Source: Marinobacter sp. (GTDB taxonomy: Bacteria > Pseudomonadota > Gammaproteobacteria > Pseudomonadales > Oleiphilaceae). From it: a DNA stretch of 64,000 nt. The stretch spans positions 505 through 64,504 of the forward strand of contig NZ_JBQDKB010000011.1 of the NCBI RefSeq assembly GCF_052094685.1, written 5' to 3'. Positions 44,248 to 53,030 of this stretch are shown one piece after another; within the stretch, counting starts at the first letter, position 1, and each line of letters begins with the position of its first letter. The translations under genes and the position numbers were made by a program. The notes beneath the pieces were generated by a model. The model was not told the DNA's origin, did no database searches, and saw only the letters and a list, made by a program, of their open reading frames with translations.

Positions 44248-45240
44248 TCAGCGCAATTTGAGCTCCAGCAGTTGCCGGTAACCCTGTTGTTCCATATCGG
44301 CCACGGTGCGCAGTTGCGTGGCCAGCTTGCTGTAGTCCAGCGCAGTGCGTCCCTTGAGCATCTTCGCCGCATAAAGCGCAAAGCGGCGCCACTCATCACC
44401 GGCGTCGGTGAACTGGTCAGCGGCTTGCGCCAGGCCTTCATGAGAAAGCAGGTGTGCCGATTCCTGCAAGAACGAAGCGAACAGAAAACGGAAGCCGGCA
44501 CCGCCAGTGCCAATCTCTTCTTGCATGCGCACCATATGGCCGATAAGCAGCTTGTTGTAATGCTCATTGGCGGGCGACAGCTTATCCATGTGCCGGGCAA
44601 CGTGGCGGATGCCGCTCACACCGATAAACGGCAGGGGCGTGCGCGTCATCATATTAGCGGTTGAGCGAATGGCGCGGGGAATGGCTGCGGTTAAATCCGG
44701 TGTCTGCGTGATGGTTTCCGGGTAATAAATCAGCCCTTTCGGAGCCAACATCCCTTTGACGAACCTTGCCCGCTGAAGGGAAGCAACATCTGCCCGAACC
44801 GGCTGTTCGAACGTTGGGTCGCTGATCAGGTAGTCATCGCCCTCTTTACCGTAGGCCACCATGTTGTGAGCATTGAAGTGGAAGCGCATGTTTTCCGGGA
44901 AGTAGGGCAGCCAGTAAACCGATGCCTGCAGGCCTACCGGGGATCCTTGTTCCAGGTATTTGTCCAACGCTACTGTTCCATCTTTCGGGTTGCGGAAGCG
45001 CTGAAAATGGAAGCGTATGCCCAAACGCTTGCTTAGTCCGCGAATGATGCGGCCCGGAGGCATGCGGTAGGCCAGTAGCGGCATGCCGCCCACCCTCACC
45101 AACGGAATGTAGGCGTAGGTGAGGGCGGAGGACAGCCCGAATACCATGGGTTCGGACAGGTCGAGACCGTTATGGCGCAGCAGGGCTGCCACGGCACCGC
45201 TTTCGCAGTGGGCGGTTTGCTGGTGGTTGAAATCAGTCAT
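44248..45240 (-). CDS. BtrH N-terminal/DUF4872-type papain-fold protein
   Basis: 'HQQTAHCESG' (Cys) and 'FHFNAHNMV' (His); found in DAR/flexirubin-type clusters. Confidence 0.8.
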   Translation of the reverse strand: MTDFNHQQTAHCESGAVAALLRHNGLDLSEPMVFGLSSALTYAYIPLVRVGGMPLLAYRMPPGRIIRGLSKRLGIRFHFQRFRNPKDGTVALDKYLEQGSPVGLQASVYWLPYFPENMRFHFNAHNMVAYGKEGDDYLISDPTFEQPVRADVASLQRARFVKGMLAPKGLIYYPETITQTPDLTAAIPRAIRSTANMMTRTPLPFIGVSGIRHVARHMDKLSPANEHYNKLLIGHMVRMQEEIGTGGAGFRFLFASFLQESAHLLSHEGLAQAADQFTDAGDEWRRFALYAAKMLKGRTALDYSKLATQLRTVADMEQQGYRQLLELKLR

Positions 45241-45652
45241 TTTGTGGTGTGTCTTCCGGCGGGAGTGTGCGCAGTTGCTCGGCGGTCATCTGCAGCGCCT
45301 CTTCATAACGCCGCAGCTTGTGTGGTGCCAGGCCTTTGAAAATGGCCGGTTTCAGGTGCCGGCGGACCTGCCAGCGAAAAAAGCCTGTGGCCTGAGCCAG
45401 AATTGTCACATCCATCCGATGTGCGTACATGTGGTACTCGAGCACAGAGCAGAGCCGCAAATTCGCCCGCTCACGGGCCTCACGGGCAAAGCGGTTATAT
45501 TCTTCTACCGCCTGATCCAACACCACGTCCTCGGCTTCCCAGCCACTGGATAGCGCCGTGGTGTATTCGCCGTTGGCGTCTCGGGCATACAATCGTTTCT
45601 TTTGACCTTCGAACGATTGCGATTCGTCTTGGGGCACCTCGTCCAGCTTCAT
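45233..45652 (-). CDS. Conserved hypothetical protein of darB clusters
   Basis: 'MKLDEVPQD...SSGWEAE...LEYHM...RMD...LAQATG..RWQVRRHLKP'; overlaps both neighbours. Confidence 0.75.
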   Translation of the reverse strand: MKLDEVPQDESQSFEGQKKRLYARDANGEYTTALSSGWEAEDVVLDQAVEEYNRFAREARERANLRLCSVLEYHMYAHRMDVTILAQATGFFRWQVRRHLKPAIFKGLAPHKLRRYEEALQMTAEQLRTLPPEDTPQND

Positions 45653-46806
45653 GAGAGGCCCTGATGATCACAGACAGTTAATTGCATAAAAGATGAGGCG
45701 AAACGGCCACTTTCAGGCACCCAGCAAAGCAGCTTCTGACCGGGTTCCAGTTTGCCAGACTGGTACAGTTCCTCAAGCATGATGTAGATCGATGCAGAGC
45801 CTGTGTTGCCTTTGTGGGATAAATTAGTGGCCCAGCGTTCGAATGGAATATCCAGCCCGCCTTTCTTTAGGCCCTCATAGGCCCGCTCGCGGAAGTAGCC
45901 AGACGAATAATGCGGAAGAAACCAATCGATATCATCGCCAGACAGTTGATATTTTTCGGTTATTTCGGGCAGATACTGCTCGATAGTGGTCGAAACAATG
46001 TGTTCGTTCAAAAGGCGAACATCTTGCTTGACGGCAAAGATCGACTCCTTCAGCCAAGTTTCGTGAGACAGATCTTTCCAGCTTTCCAGGCTGCCGTCTT
46101 CGCGCTTGCGAGCGCCCGCGTACATGCAGGCATCCAGCTGATTGGCAAAGGAGCGAAGTTCGATCCAGTCGATTCTCAATGACAGGCCTTCTTTGGCTGG
46201 AGTGGGCTCAAGGGCAACCGCACCTGCGCCGTCTGACAGCATCCAGCGCAAGAAATCTTTATCAAAGGCCACTTCCGGCTTTTTTTCAAGGCTGTCTAAC
46301 GAGGCAACAGTCTCTGGCTCGAACAACTTGCCGCGCATGACCGCCGATGCCACTTCCGACCCCGTACTCACCACTCGCTGATGCTGACCTGTGGCAACTG
46401 ACATCCAGCCGTACTTAAGTGCCGACATTCCGGCCAGGCAGACACCAGCGGTTGCTGCTACCTCGCAAGGAGGGGAGGCCAGTTCGCCGTGAACCATAAC
46501 CGCATGGCTGGGCATCAACTGGTCGGGCAGGCTGGTTCCGCAAACTAGGCAATCCATGGCTTTGCTGTATGGGTCGCCCAGTGCGCGAATAGCTTCGGCA
46601 GTCAGTTCCGCGTTGGTATGCGTGCGCTCGCCGGTCTTCGGATCCACTGCGTAATACCGGTTTTTGATCTTGTTACTTTTCAGGATCACCCGCCGTGCTC
46701 GTGAAGGCTGAGCGCCAGCCTGGCCGAGCACCGATTCTATGTCGTCGTTACCAACAGGTTCATTGGGCAGTGCTGTGGCGATAGCGGTAATGTAAACGTT
46801 TTGCAT
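45649..46806 (-). CDS. darB: DarB/StlD-type KAS III (beta-ketoacyl-ACP synthase III)
   Basis: 'LMPSHAVMVHGEL', 'AGVCLAG', 'FLRWMLSDGAGA', 'HYSS', 'KGNTGSAS', 'VPESGRF'. Confidence 0.88.
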   Translation of the reverse strand: MQNVYITAIATALPNEPVGNDDIESVLGQAGAQPSRARRVILKSNKIKNRYYAVDPKTGERTHTNAELTAEAIRALGDPYSKAMDCLVCGTSLPDQLMPSHAVMVHGELASPPCEVAATAGVCLAGMSALKYGWMSVATGQHQRVVSTGSEVASAVMRGKLFEPETVASLDSLEKKPEVAFDKDFLRWMLSDGAGAVALEPTPAKEGLSLRIDWIELRSFANQLDACMYAGARKREDGSLESWKDLSHETWLKESIFAVKQDVRLLNEHIVSTTIEQYLPEITEKYQLSGDDIDWFLPHYSSGYFRERAYEGLKKGGLDIPFERWATNLSHKGNTGSASIYIMLEELYQSGKLEPGQKLLCWVPESGRFASSFMQLTVCDHQGLS

Positions 46807-46861
46807 GTATTAAACAGCTCGGTAACTGGCCGGGGCCGGAAAATTAAAAAAACCTAGGGTC

Positions 46862-47782
46862 TTAATCACCTGAAGGCGCACTGAAATAAGCTTTTTGCCG
46901 CGCAATGCGCTTGCGTGTAAATGGCGAAAGCAAGCGCTTGATTAGCATGCCTGCCGGAACCACTGTCAGAATCATGGCCACCAGGAAAACCGAATAAAAC
47001 ACCAGCACCGGTTTGCGTTGCCAAGCTCCTCGAGGCCCGAGTGCCCGAAGCAGCCGGCCCCAAATGCGAAACGCTCGCTTGCCAGTTCTTTCACTGGAAA
47101 TCAGCCCCTCGTTGATACGCACGGCTGCCAGCCCCCGGAGCATGTCTGGAGATACTTTTTCTTTAACTCTCAACCGGTCGCGAATACGTCGGCCAAAGCG
47201 TTCACTGTCGACCATGGCCTTCTCTGAAACGCCGGCCTTTGGGATTAGGCCACCCCAGAACGGCCCTTTGCGCCCAGTGAGCACCCAAAGAGGCGTGGCA
47301 AAAAAGCTCAGCAGCGAGCCTGCTTCATCCACCATGGCCACATTGCCCACCAGGCTGGCATTCAGCTCCGTTAGCTTCTGCTTCATATCTTCTTGGGCCA
47401 TCAGCCACATATTTCGGCAGGCAATCAGCGTAACCACGGGCGTGTTGTCAAGCAACTGCCTGGCAACCGGATGCTGAAGAAACGCCGTCATTGGAAGAGC
47501 AGGGGAAAGAAACCAAACCTGATACGCCAGAATGACAAGATCAAAATTCTCATCACCAGACACGCCCGGCGCTTCAATAGGGGGCGGGTCCAGATAGACA
47601 GATTCGGGAAACGTATCGAGAAATGTCAGAAAGGGCCACGGAAACGGGAAATCCTCTACCGGCTTGATGTTTTCGAATGTCACCGAAACGTCATCCGATT
47701 CGACCAGTGGTCGCGTAAATTCCCGCACGACATTATCGAGCTGCCCGCTCTGGGAATAGTGTACGACCAGAACCTTCTTCAT
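46862..47782 (-). CDS. darA: Dialkylresorcinol condensing enzyme
   Basis: 'VHYSQSGQL', 'FPFPW', 'YQVWFLSP', 'CRNMWLMAQ', 'RFGRRI'; ATG at 47782. Confidence 0.9.
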   Translation of the reverse strand: MKKVLVVHYSQSGQLDNVVREFTRPLVESDDVSVTFENIKPVEDFPFPWPFLTFLDTFPESVYLDPPPIEAPGVSGDENFDLVILAYQVWFLSPALPMTAFLQHPVARQLLDNTPVVTLIACRNMWLMAQEDMKQKLTELNASLVGNVAMVDEAGSLLSFFATPLWVLTGRKGPFWGGLIPKAGVSEKAMVDSERFGRRIRDRLRVKEKVSPDMLRGLAAVRINEGLISSERTGKRAFRIWGRLLRALGPRGAWQRKPVLVFYSVFLVAMILTVVPAGMLIKRLLSPFTRKRIARQKAYFSAPSGD

Positions 47783-47909
47783 TGTTAGTTTCCAGAATTC
47801 TGTGCCAGAATCGCGTGAATTAAAATTCTTCACGCCCTTCATATTGTTTGGGCGCGCGACTATAACACAGGACAATTTTCATCTGAATCCTCCCGGTAAA
47901 GTTGAAGTC

Positions 47910-48650
47910 ATGCAATTTGATTTTGAAGTATCTGGGGCCCATCGGGCCTTCCCCGGCCATTTCCCAGGCGCCCCGGTTGTACCGGCGGTGGTATTAATTG
48001 AGTACATGACACGGGGGCTGGAGCAGACAACCGGAAAGCCGGTAACCAACATTCGACAGCTGCGCCTGCTGAGCCTGATAGCGCCTGACAAGCGGGTTGA
48101 CGTTGAATGCCAGGAGAAAACACCCGACTCCTGGCGACTAACGTGCACCGTCGCCGGCGAGCCTGTAGCGAAAGCCATATTCAGCAGCGAGCAACTTCAA
48201 ACCGGCACAGATAGGCACCTGCAGTGTGACCAGCCGAGATATCAATCTGCCCAAGCGGTTTATGATCGGTTACCCCACGCGGATGCTATGCAACTGATCG
48301 AGAAATTTGCTCTTATTGATAATGGTGCCCAAACCCGGGCAACCATCACCAACAATCACCCGCTTGCTGATACACATGGCCTGCCTGCGTGGGCAGCACT
48401 GGAATACGCCGCACAACTGATGGCATGCCGAAAACTCAGCATGGGCGGCGAGCCAATGAGCAGGGCAGTCATCGTGCTGGTGCGTGCGTTGCGTCGCTAT
48501 ACGGTTGAATCAATGCCGGCGGAAGGAGAGCTGATGGTGGAAGTTACTGAGAGAGTCGCGCAGCCAGGCGCGGTTCAGTGCGCGTTCACCGCAGCTTACG
48601 GTGAGGAGCGGATTGCAGCCGGCGAGTTTACCGTTGTCAGCGGCGTTTAA
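47910..48650 (+). CDS. Double hot-dog dehydratase (ApeI-like plus ApeP-like fusion)
   Basis: N half 'FPGHFPGAPVVPAV'; C half 'LPHADAMQLIE...LPAWAALEYAAQ'. Confidence 0.75.
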   Translation: MQFDFEVSGAHRAFPGHFPGAPVVPAVVLIEYMTRGLEQTTGKPVTNIRQLRLLSLIAPDKRVDVECQEKTPDSWRLTCTVAGEPVAKAIFSSEQLQTGTDRHLQCDQPRYQSAQAVYDRLPHADAMQLIEKFALIDNGAQTRATITNNHPLADTHGLPAWAALEYAAQLMACRKLSMGGEPMSRAVIVLVRALRRYTVESMPAEGELMVEVTERVAQPGAVQCAFTAAYGEERIAAGEFTVVSGV

Positions 48651-48677
48651 AAATGAGCTGCTTAACGAGCCGATACT

Positions 48678-48705
48678 CTTGAATTCCGAGGCCGGTACCC
48701 AATAT
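48678..48705 (+). promoter_or_regulatory. Sigma32 promoter of cnoX/ybbN
   Basis: CTTGAAT-N13-CCCAATAT. Confidence 0.7.
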
Positions 48706-48742
48706 AGACTCTAATCAATAGTGAACATTTCAGGTGCCTAAC

Positions 48743-49606
48743 ATGAGCAGTTCTCCCCATATATTTGAAGCCACCATGGAAAACTTTCAGCAGGAGGTTA
48801 TGGAAGCCTCCTCTGCCACGCCCGTGCTGGTGGATGTTTGGGCCGAATGGTGTGCGCCCTGTAAGCAGCTTATGCCTGTGTTGGAAAAGCTCGTAGACGA
48901 ATACCAAGGTGCATTCCGCCTTGCCAAAGTGAATGCGGAGGAGCAAGAGCAACTTACCGGCAGTTTGGGTGTGCGTAGCCTACCAACGATTATTTTGGTG
49001 AAAGATGGCCAGGCTGTAGACGGCTTTAACTCAGCCCTGCCAGAGAGCGACATTCGCAAGATTTTAGAGAAGCATGTAGAGCTACCCGAAGAAGACCCAT
49101 ACGAGAAGGCCCACCGCATTTGGAACGAGGGCGACGTAAACGGCGCGATGGACATTCTTTCTGACATGAACCAGAAAGATCCAGAAAACCTAACAGTGCT
49201 AATTGACCTAGCCCAACTAAAAGCAGAAACCGGTGATCTTGAAACCGCTGAACAGGTTCTTAAAAGCCTGCCGCCAGAAGAAAAGCTGCAACACCAAGCA
49301 AAGCAACTGGCAGCCAGAATTAAGTTTTTGAAGCAGTCTGCCGAGCTGCCGCCTGTGAAAGATCTGGAAATGGCATTGGAACAAGACCCAAAAGATCCGA
49401 ACGCCTTGCACTTGCTGGCTCTGCACCATGTTTTGCAAGACAAAAATGCAGAAGCTATGGAGCTACTGATTCGGTTGATGCAGGTAGACAGCAAATACAA
49501 AGATGAAGTGGCTAAGACTACGTTGGTTGAGCTGTTTGAGAAGCTTGGGAACAGTAATCCGGATGTGCGCACCTATCGGCGTAGGCTTTATATGTTGATG
49601 CATTAA
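48743..49606 (+). CDS. cnoX: Chaperedoxin CnoX/YbbN (thioredoxin plus TPR)
   Basis: 'WAEWCAPCKQL' thioredoxin motif followed by TPR helices ending 'YRRRLYMLMH'. Confidence 0.88.
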   Translation: MSSSPHIFEATMENFQQEVMEASSATPVLVDVWAEWCAPCKQLMPVLEKLVDEYQGAFRLAKVNAEEQEQLTGSLGVRSLPTIILVKDGQAVDGFNSALPESDIRKILEKHVELPEEDPYEKAHRIWNEGDVNGAMDILSDMNQKDPENLTVLIDLAQLKAETGDLETAEQVLKSLPPEEKLQHQAKQLAARIKFLKQSAELPPVKDLEMALEQDPKDPNALHLLALHHVLQDKNAEAMELLIRLMQVDSKYKDEVAKTTLVELFEKLGNSNPDVRTYRRRLYMLMH

Positions 49607-49777
49607 TCGCAATAGCCCGCTGTGGGGCGTTCAAAAATACCCCGCAGTTGGCTGGCCTCAGATATATATAGAAACACGATTTTACTCTATTTGACTTTTC
49701 GTCCTGTCGTATTGGGCTACTATCTTCCGTGAAACATGAATGGCGTTTAATAATAAGCCTTTATCACGGAGAAGATA

Positions 49778-51805
49778 ATGAAACCTGCCTTCAAAAAAGC
49801 TGCTTTATCAATTGCTGTCGCTTCAACACTTGCTCTCGCCGGTTGTGGCGGTTCGTCTGGCTCTGGGTCGACACCGCCACCCGCTAATACTTCTTCAGCA
49901 CCTGCATCGTCTGTAAGTGGTGCCGCAGTAAAAGGAATTGTTAGTAATGCCGATGTAACGGCTTATGACTTGGATAATGGCAACGCAGTCGTAGGCGCTG
50001 CGACCACTGATCAGAATGGTGAGTACGAAATCAGCCTTGCTGACAATTACAGCGGTGGCCCCCTCAAAATCATTGTAACGCCTAGTGCTGCATCCAAAAT
50101 GGTCTGTGATGCTGTCTCCAGCTGCGGAAGCGTTGCTAAAGGCGAGGAGCTCGATTTACCTCAGGGGTTCAGCCTTTCGACGATCACCGCCAACACCAAA
50201 GGCCAAGATAAAGTTAGCGCGCCAGTAACTGCCTGGACGACGATTGCGGCCAAACGTGCTGAAAAGCTGATTTCTGAAGGCAAATCTACTGCAGGCGCCG
50301 CAGGCATCGCCAATGCAGAAGTTTCCCGTGCAGCTGGTTTTGATATTGAGCGCACTAAGGCAAAGAGCATTACGTCAGCGGATATCAGCACGGCGTCTGG
50401 CGACCAGCGCAAAGCGGCTTTAATGAATGCGGTTGTAGCAGAGGCGATTTTCAAGCCTGCCCCAGCAGGTGGTAATGCAGATTTTGTTGCAAATCTTGAA
50501 CAGCTGTCTACCGCATTTGAAGACGGTGTATTTGGATCTGAAGACACCAGTAGCGAAGAAAACTCGCTCAAGCAGGCCCTGGCAGATGCCGCGAGCGATG
50601 TGGCTCGCGATCCCGAACTATTAACTTCCTTTGCAAAAGAAGTTAATAGTGTTGCAGAACGCCAAGTGGCGCTTGAGGAAGATAAGCCTTTGGCTGTGAA
50701 GGATCAGGTTAGTCAGAATGAAAGCGACTACACGGGTGACCGTGGGCAGAAGATTAACAGCTTCAAGAATTTTGTTGCTGACGTGCGAGCATGGGCACGG
50801 GCTATTGAAGGGCAGGATAGCGATGCTTTGGCAGCTGCAGTAAAGGTTGACCAGACAACGGTAAAAAATATCTTCAAGTCCACTACAGAAGGGCAGTTTG
50901 AATTTGCCGGGCTGGTGATTGAATCCGCGTTTGGCTTTTTAGCGGATAATCCGGAAGAAGCCAGCGCTCTGATCAAGAATGGTGGTAGCCGCACCGTCGA
51001 TGTGCTGGACGAGACAGATCAGAAAGTCGGGGAAATAGCTGTCGGCTTTTCTGGCTACCAAGGTGGCGTTCAGGTTCGACTTCAAGGTGCCGCTACTGAT
51101 TCGAACAACAATACGCTAGCTCCTCTTGATTTGACACTTCGTACCGATATCCCTCTGGATCTGGTGGCTAATCCTTACGAAGACGGCTCTGTGGATTTGG
51201 TTGTTAACAGGCTGGCGGCGCAAAGTAACATTAGTGTGTCTGGCACCCTGGGTGAATCTTTGATTGAGTTTAAAGATACAAAGCTGAATCTCGCTTTGAA
51301 CCAGCCATGGAATGCCTCATCAGCGGGCGGCCTGTTTGATGATCCAAACCTGGATGCCGAATTTAACAGCCGCTTTGTGTCTGCGCAATTCACCGGTGGC
51401 CTTGCCGTAACAAGCGTTGAAGGCGATCAGTTTGAAGGAAACGTAGATCTGAAATTGGTGCGGCTTGGCGATGCAGGTGCGGGGCGCAACTCTGCGCTGA
51501 CTCAAAGCCGGGTAGCATTGAAGAGTTTTGGTATGAATGGCGCATTCAAATCAGCGGATTTAAGTCATCAGTTCGAGGCCAGCGCCAAGCTGAACATCCG
51601 CAATGCCGACAAGTTCGATGTGGTTGCCTGGGCCGATTACAGCCGGCAGGCGCGCCCTGTGATGGTGAGTGTGCCTAACTCTGATGTGGGAGGGTTAATT
51701 CCCCAATTGGCAGAGCAACCTGTGATCGGGTTTGCAGAAGTTTATCCAGATTACGGTATGTCGGATCAGTTCAGCGTTTGGGGGGGGGGCATTTTACGCC
51801 ACTGA
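49778..51805 (+). CDS. Large lipoprotein, N-terminal part (frame shifts at the G10 tract)
   Basis: RBS GGAG; lipobox LAGC followed by a Gly/Ser linker; stops 5 codons after the G tract. Confidence 0.8.
   Translation: MKPAFKKAALSIAVASTLALAGCGGSSGSGSTPPPANTSSAPASSVSGAAVKGIVSNADVTAYDLDNGNAVVGAATTDQNGEYEISLADNYSGGPLKIIVTPSAASKMVCDAVSSCGSVAKGEELDLPQGFSLSTITANTKGQDKVSAPVTAWTTIAAKRAEKLISEGKSTAGAAGIANAEVSRAAGFDIERTKAKSITSADISTASGDQRKAALMNAVVAEAIFKPAPAGGNADFVANLEQLSTAFEDGVFGSEDTSSEENSLKQALADAASDVARDPELLTSFAKEVNSVAERQVALEEDKPLAVKDQVSQNESDYTGDRGQKINSFKNFVADVRAWARAIEGQDSDALAAAVKVDQTTVKNIFKSTTEGQFEFAGLVIESAFGFLADNPEEASALIKNGGSRTVDVLDETDQKVGEIAVGFSGYQGGVQVRLQGAATDSNNNTLAPLDLTLRTDIPLDLVANPYEDGSVDLVVNRLAAQSNISVSGTLGESLIEFKDTKLNLALNQPWNASSAGGLFDDPNLDAEFNSRFVSAQFTGGLAVTSVEGDQFEGNVDLKLVRLGDAGAGRNSALTQSRVALKSFGMNGAFKSADLSHQFEASAKLNIRNADKFDVVAWADYSRQARPVMVSVPNSDVGGLIPQLAEQPVIGFAEVYPDYGMSDQFSVWGGGILRH
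51780..51789 (+). repeat. G10 homopolymer at the frameshift junction
   Basis: TTT-GGGGGGGGGG-CATTTTAC; removing one G joins the two ORFs. Confidence 0.95.
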
Positions 51806-53030
51806 AGGCGCTCTCGCTTGGAATAGGTACGACCTGAATAAGCAGCAGATTGAGACCGTAAAAACGGCACTGATCGCTAAGCTGTCAGGCGTCTATGCCA
51901 GTGGGTTTACAGTGGTGCCGCAGGGAGCTGTTCCTGAGACTGGCGGGCAAAGCTATTCAGTTGATGCACTTTTGACAGGAGATGGGTTTTACGCAAATGG
52001 TGATTCCTGGGGCCCTTCTTTTGAAAATGTCGTTGCGCCAGGCATCCCTGATGGAAGGGTTTATTCTTCTAACTCTGGAGTTCCTGAGCTGATAGGGAAT
52101 GTTTGGAGTTGGAGTGGTGCGAAAGTATTCACTTTGAATATGAGCCCCGAGCTTGCTAGTGAGGTTGTTGCGGCGATAAATCCGGCTGAATTCCTTGTGG
52201 CTGGTGCCGAGCCTGAATCTTTCGGTATCAACTCTTATAATGGTGAGTCTTACGGATACATTGACTACTCTGTGCCTGTCACTCGCGCGCGTTTTGACAA
52301 CTGTGTTGCCGACCCAGGGGTGATGCTGAAAGCGTACCAGGGATATACAGAATACGGAGTAGCAGGAGACGATGCCGTCATTGACTGTGCTCATGCAACT
52401 TTGGCGTATGAACCAGTTGATAGAGCCGTTGAGTCAGCAGCCGCAGATCAGGCGGAAGCTGCGGGTGTTGGCAAACTCAAATCGGGCCTGGATGTAAACA
52501 TAAGAGAGGGTGTTTCGTCCTCCTTGTGGAATGCTCGTGTTACCTTTGGCGAGCTTGCTGACAACAAACCGGCGCAGCTCGAGTTGATGACTGAATTCCC
52601 AGATCTGGAAACAGCAGACCACTTTCTCGAGGGATCAATTGTTTTGAGTGCGCGCGTTCAGATTCCGGGGTCACAGGACGCTCAGGAAGTTCAGGAAGCT
52701 AACGTGACATTGACGCTGGACCGCTCCAGCCAGAAAGGTGGAGACGTTGAGGCTAATGTAAGCTGGAACGGAGGCAACTACACGGCAGTTGTAAGCTCGG
52801 AGAACTTTGAGGATTTGCAAGGAACAGATGTTATTACTGCGGAGTTTTCTAATGCTGAAGGTTACCGTCTTACGTTGGCCGGCTCCTTCGATGAGAATAA
52901 AAAGCTGACTAATTTAACAGGTGATGCCTACGTTAAGGATACGGACATTGGTAACGTGGAATATCGCAAAGGTAGGCCGGTTATTACCTACCCGAATGGC
53001 ACAGTAACCGAGTTTGAGACTCTGTTCTGA
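51780..53030 (+). CDS. Large lipoprotein, C-terminal part (read only if the tract is G9 or G12)
   Basis: Open frame continues from the tract to the TGA at 53028-53030; no convincing RBS or start of its own. Confidence 0.7.
   Translation, partial: GGGAFYATEGALAWNRYDLNKQQIETVKTALIAKLSGVYASGFTVVPQGAVPETGGQSYSVDALLTGDGFYANGDSWGPSFENVVAPGIPDGRVYSSNSGVPELIGNVWSWSGAKVFTLNMSPELASEVVAAINPAEFLVAGAEPESFGINSYNGESYGYIDYSVPVTRARFDNCVADPGVMLKAYQGYTEYGVAGDDAVIDCAHATLAYEPVDRAVESAAADQAEAAGVGKLKSGLDVNIREGVSSSLWNARVTFGELADNKPAQLELMTEFPDLETADHFLEGSIVLSARVQIPGSQDAQEVQEANVTLTLDRSSQKGGDVEANVSWNGGNYTAVVSSENFEDLQGTDVITAEFSNAEGYRLTLAGSFDENKKLTNLTGDAYVKDTDIGNVEYRKGRPVITYPNGTVTEFETLF

Noticed and set aside
47791-47810. 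Minus-strand TGGCAC upstream of darA as a sigma54 promoter
   Set aside because: The -12 position reads TCTG rather than TTGC.
39883-48650. Calling the cluster a complete aryl polyene or flexirubin pigment locus
   Set aside because: No aryl-CoA ligase, ammonia-lyase, ketoreductase, methyltransferase or glycosyltransferase is in the window.
39692-48733. Mobile-element boundaries for the dar island
   Set aside because: No integrase, transposase, tRNA target or flanking direct repeat was seen by eye.
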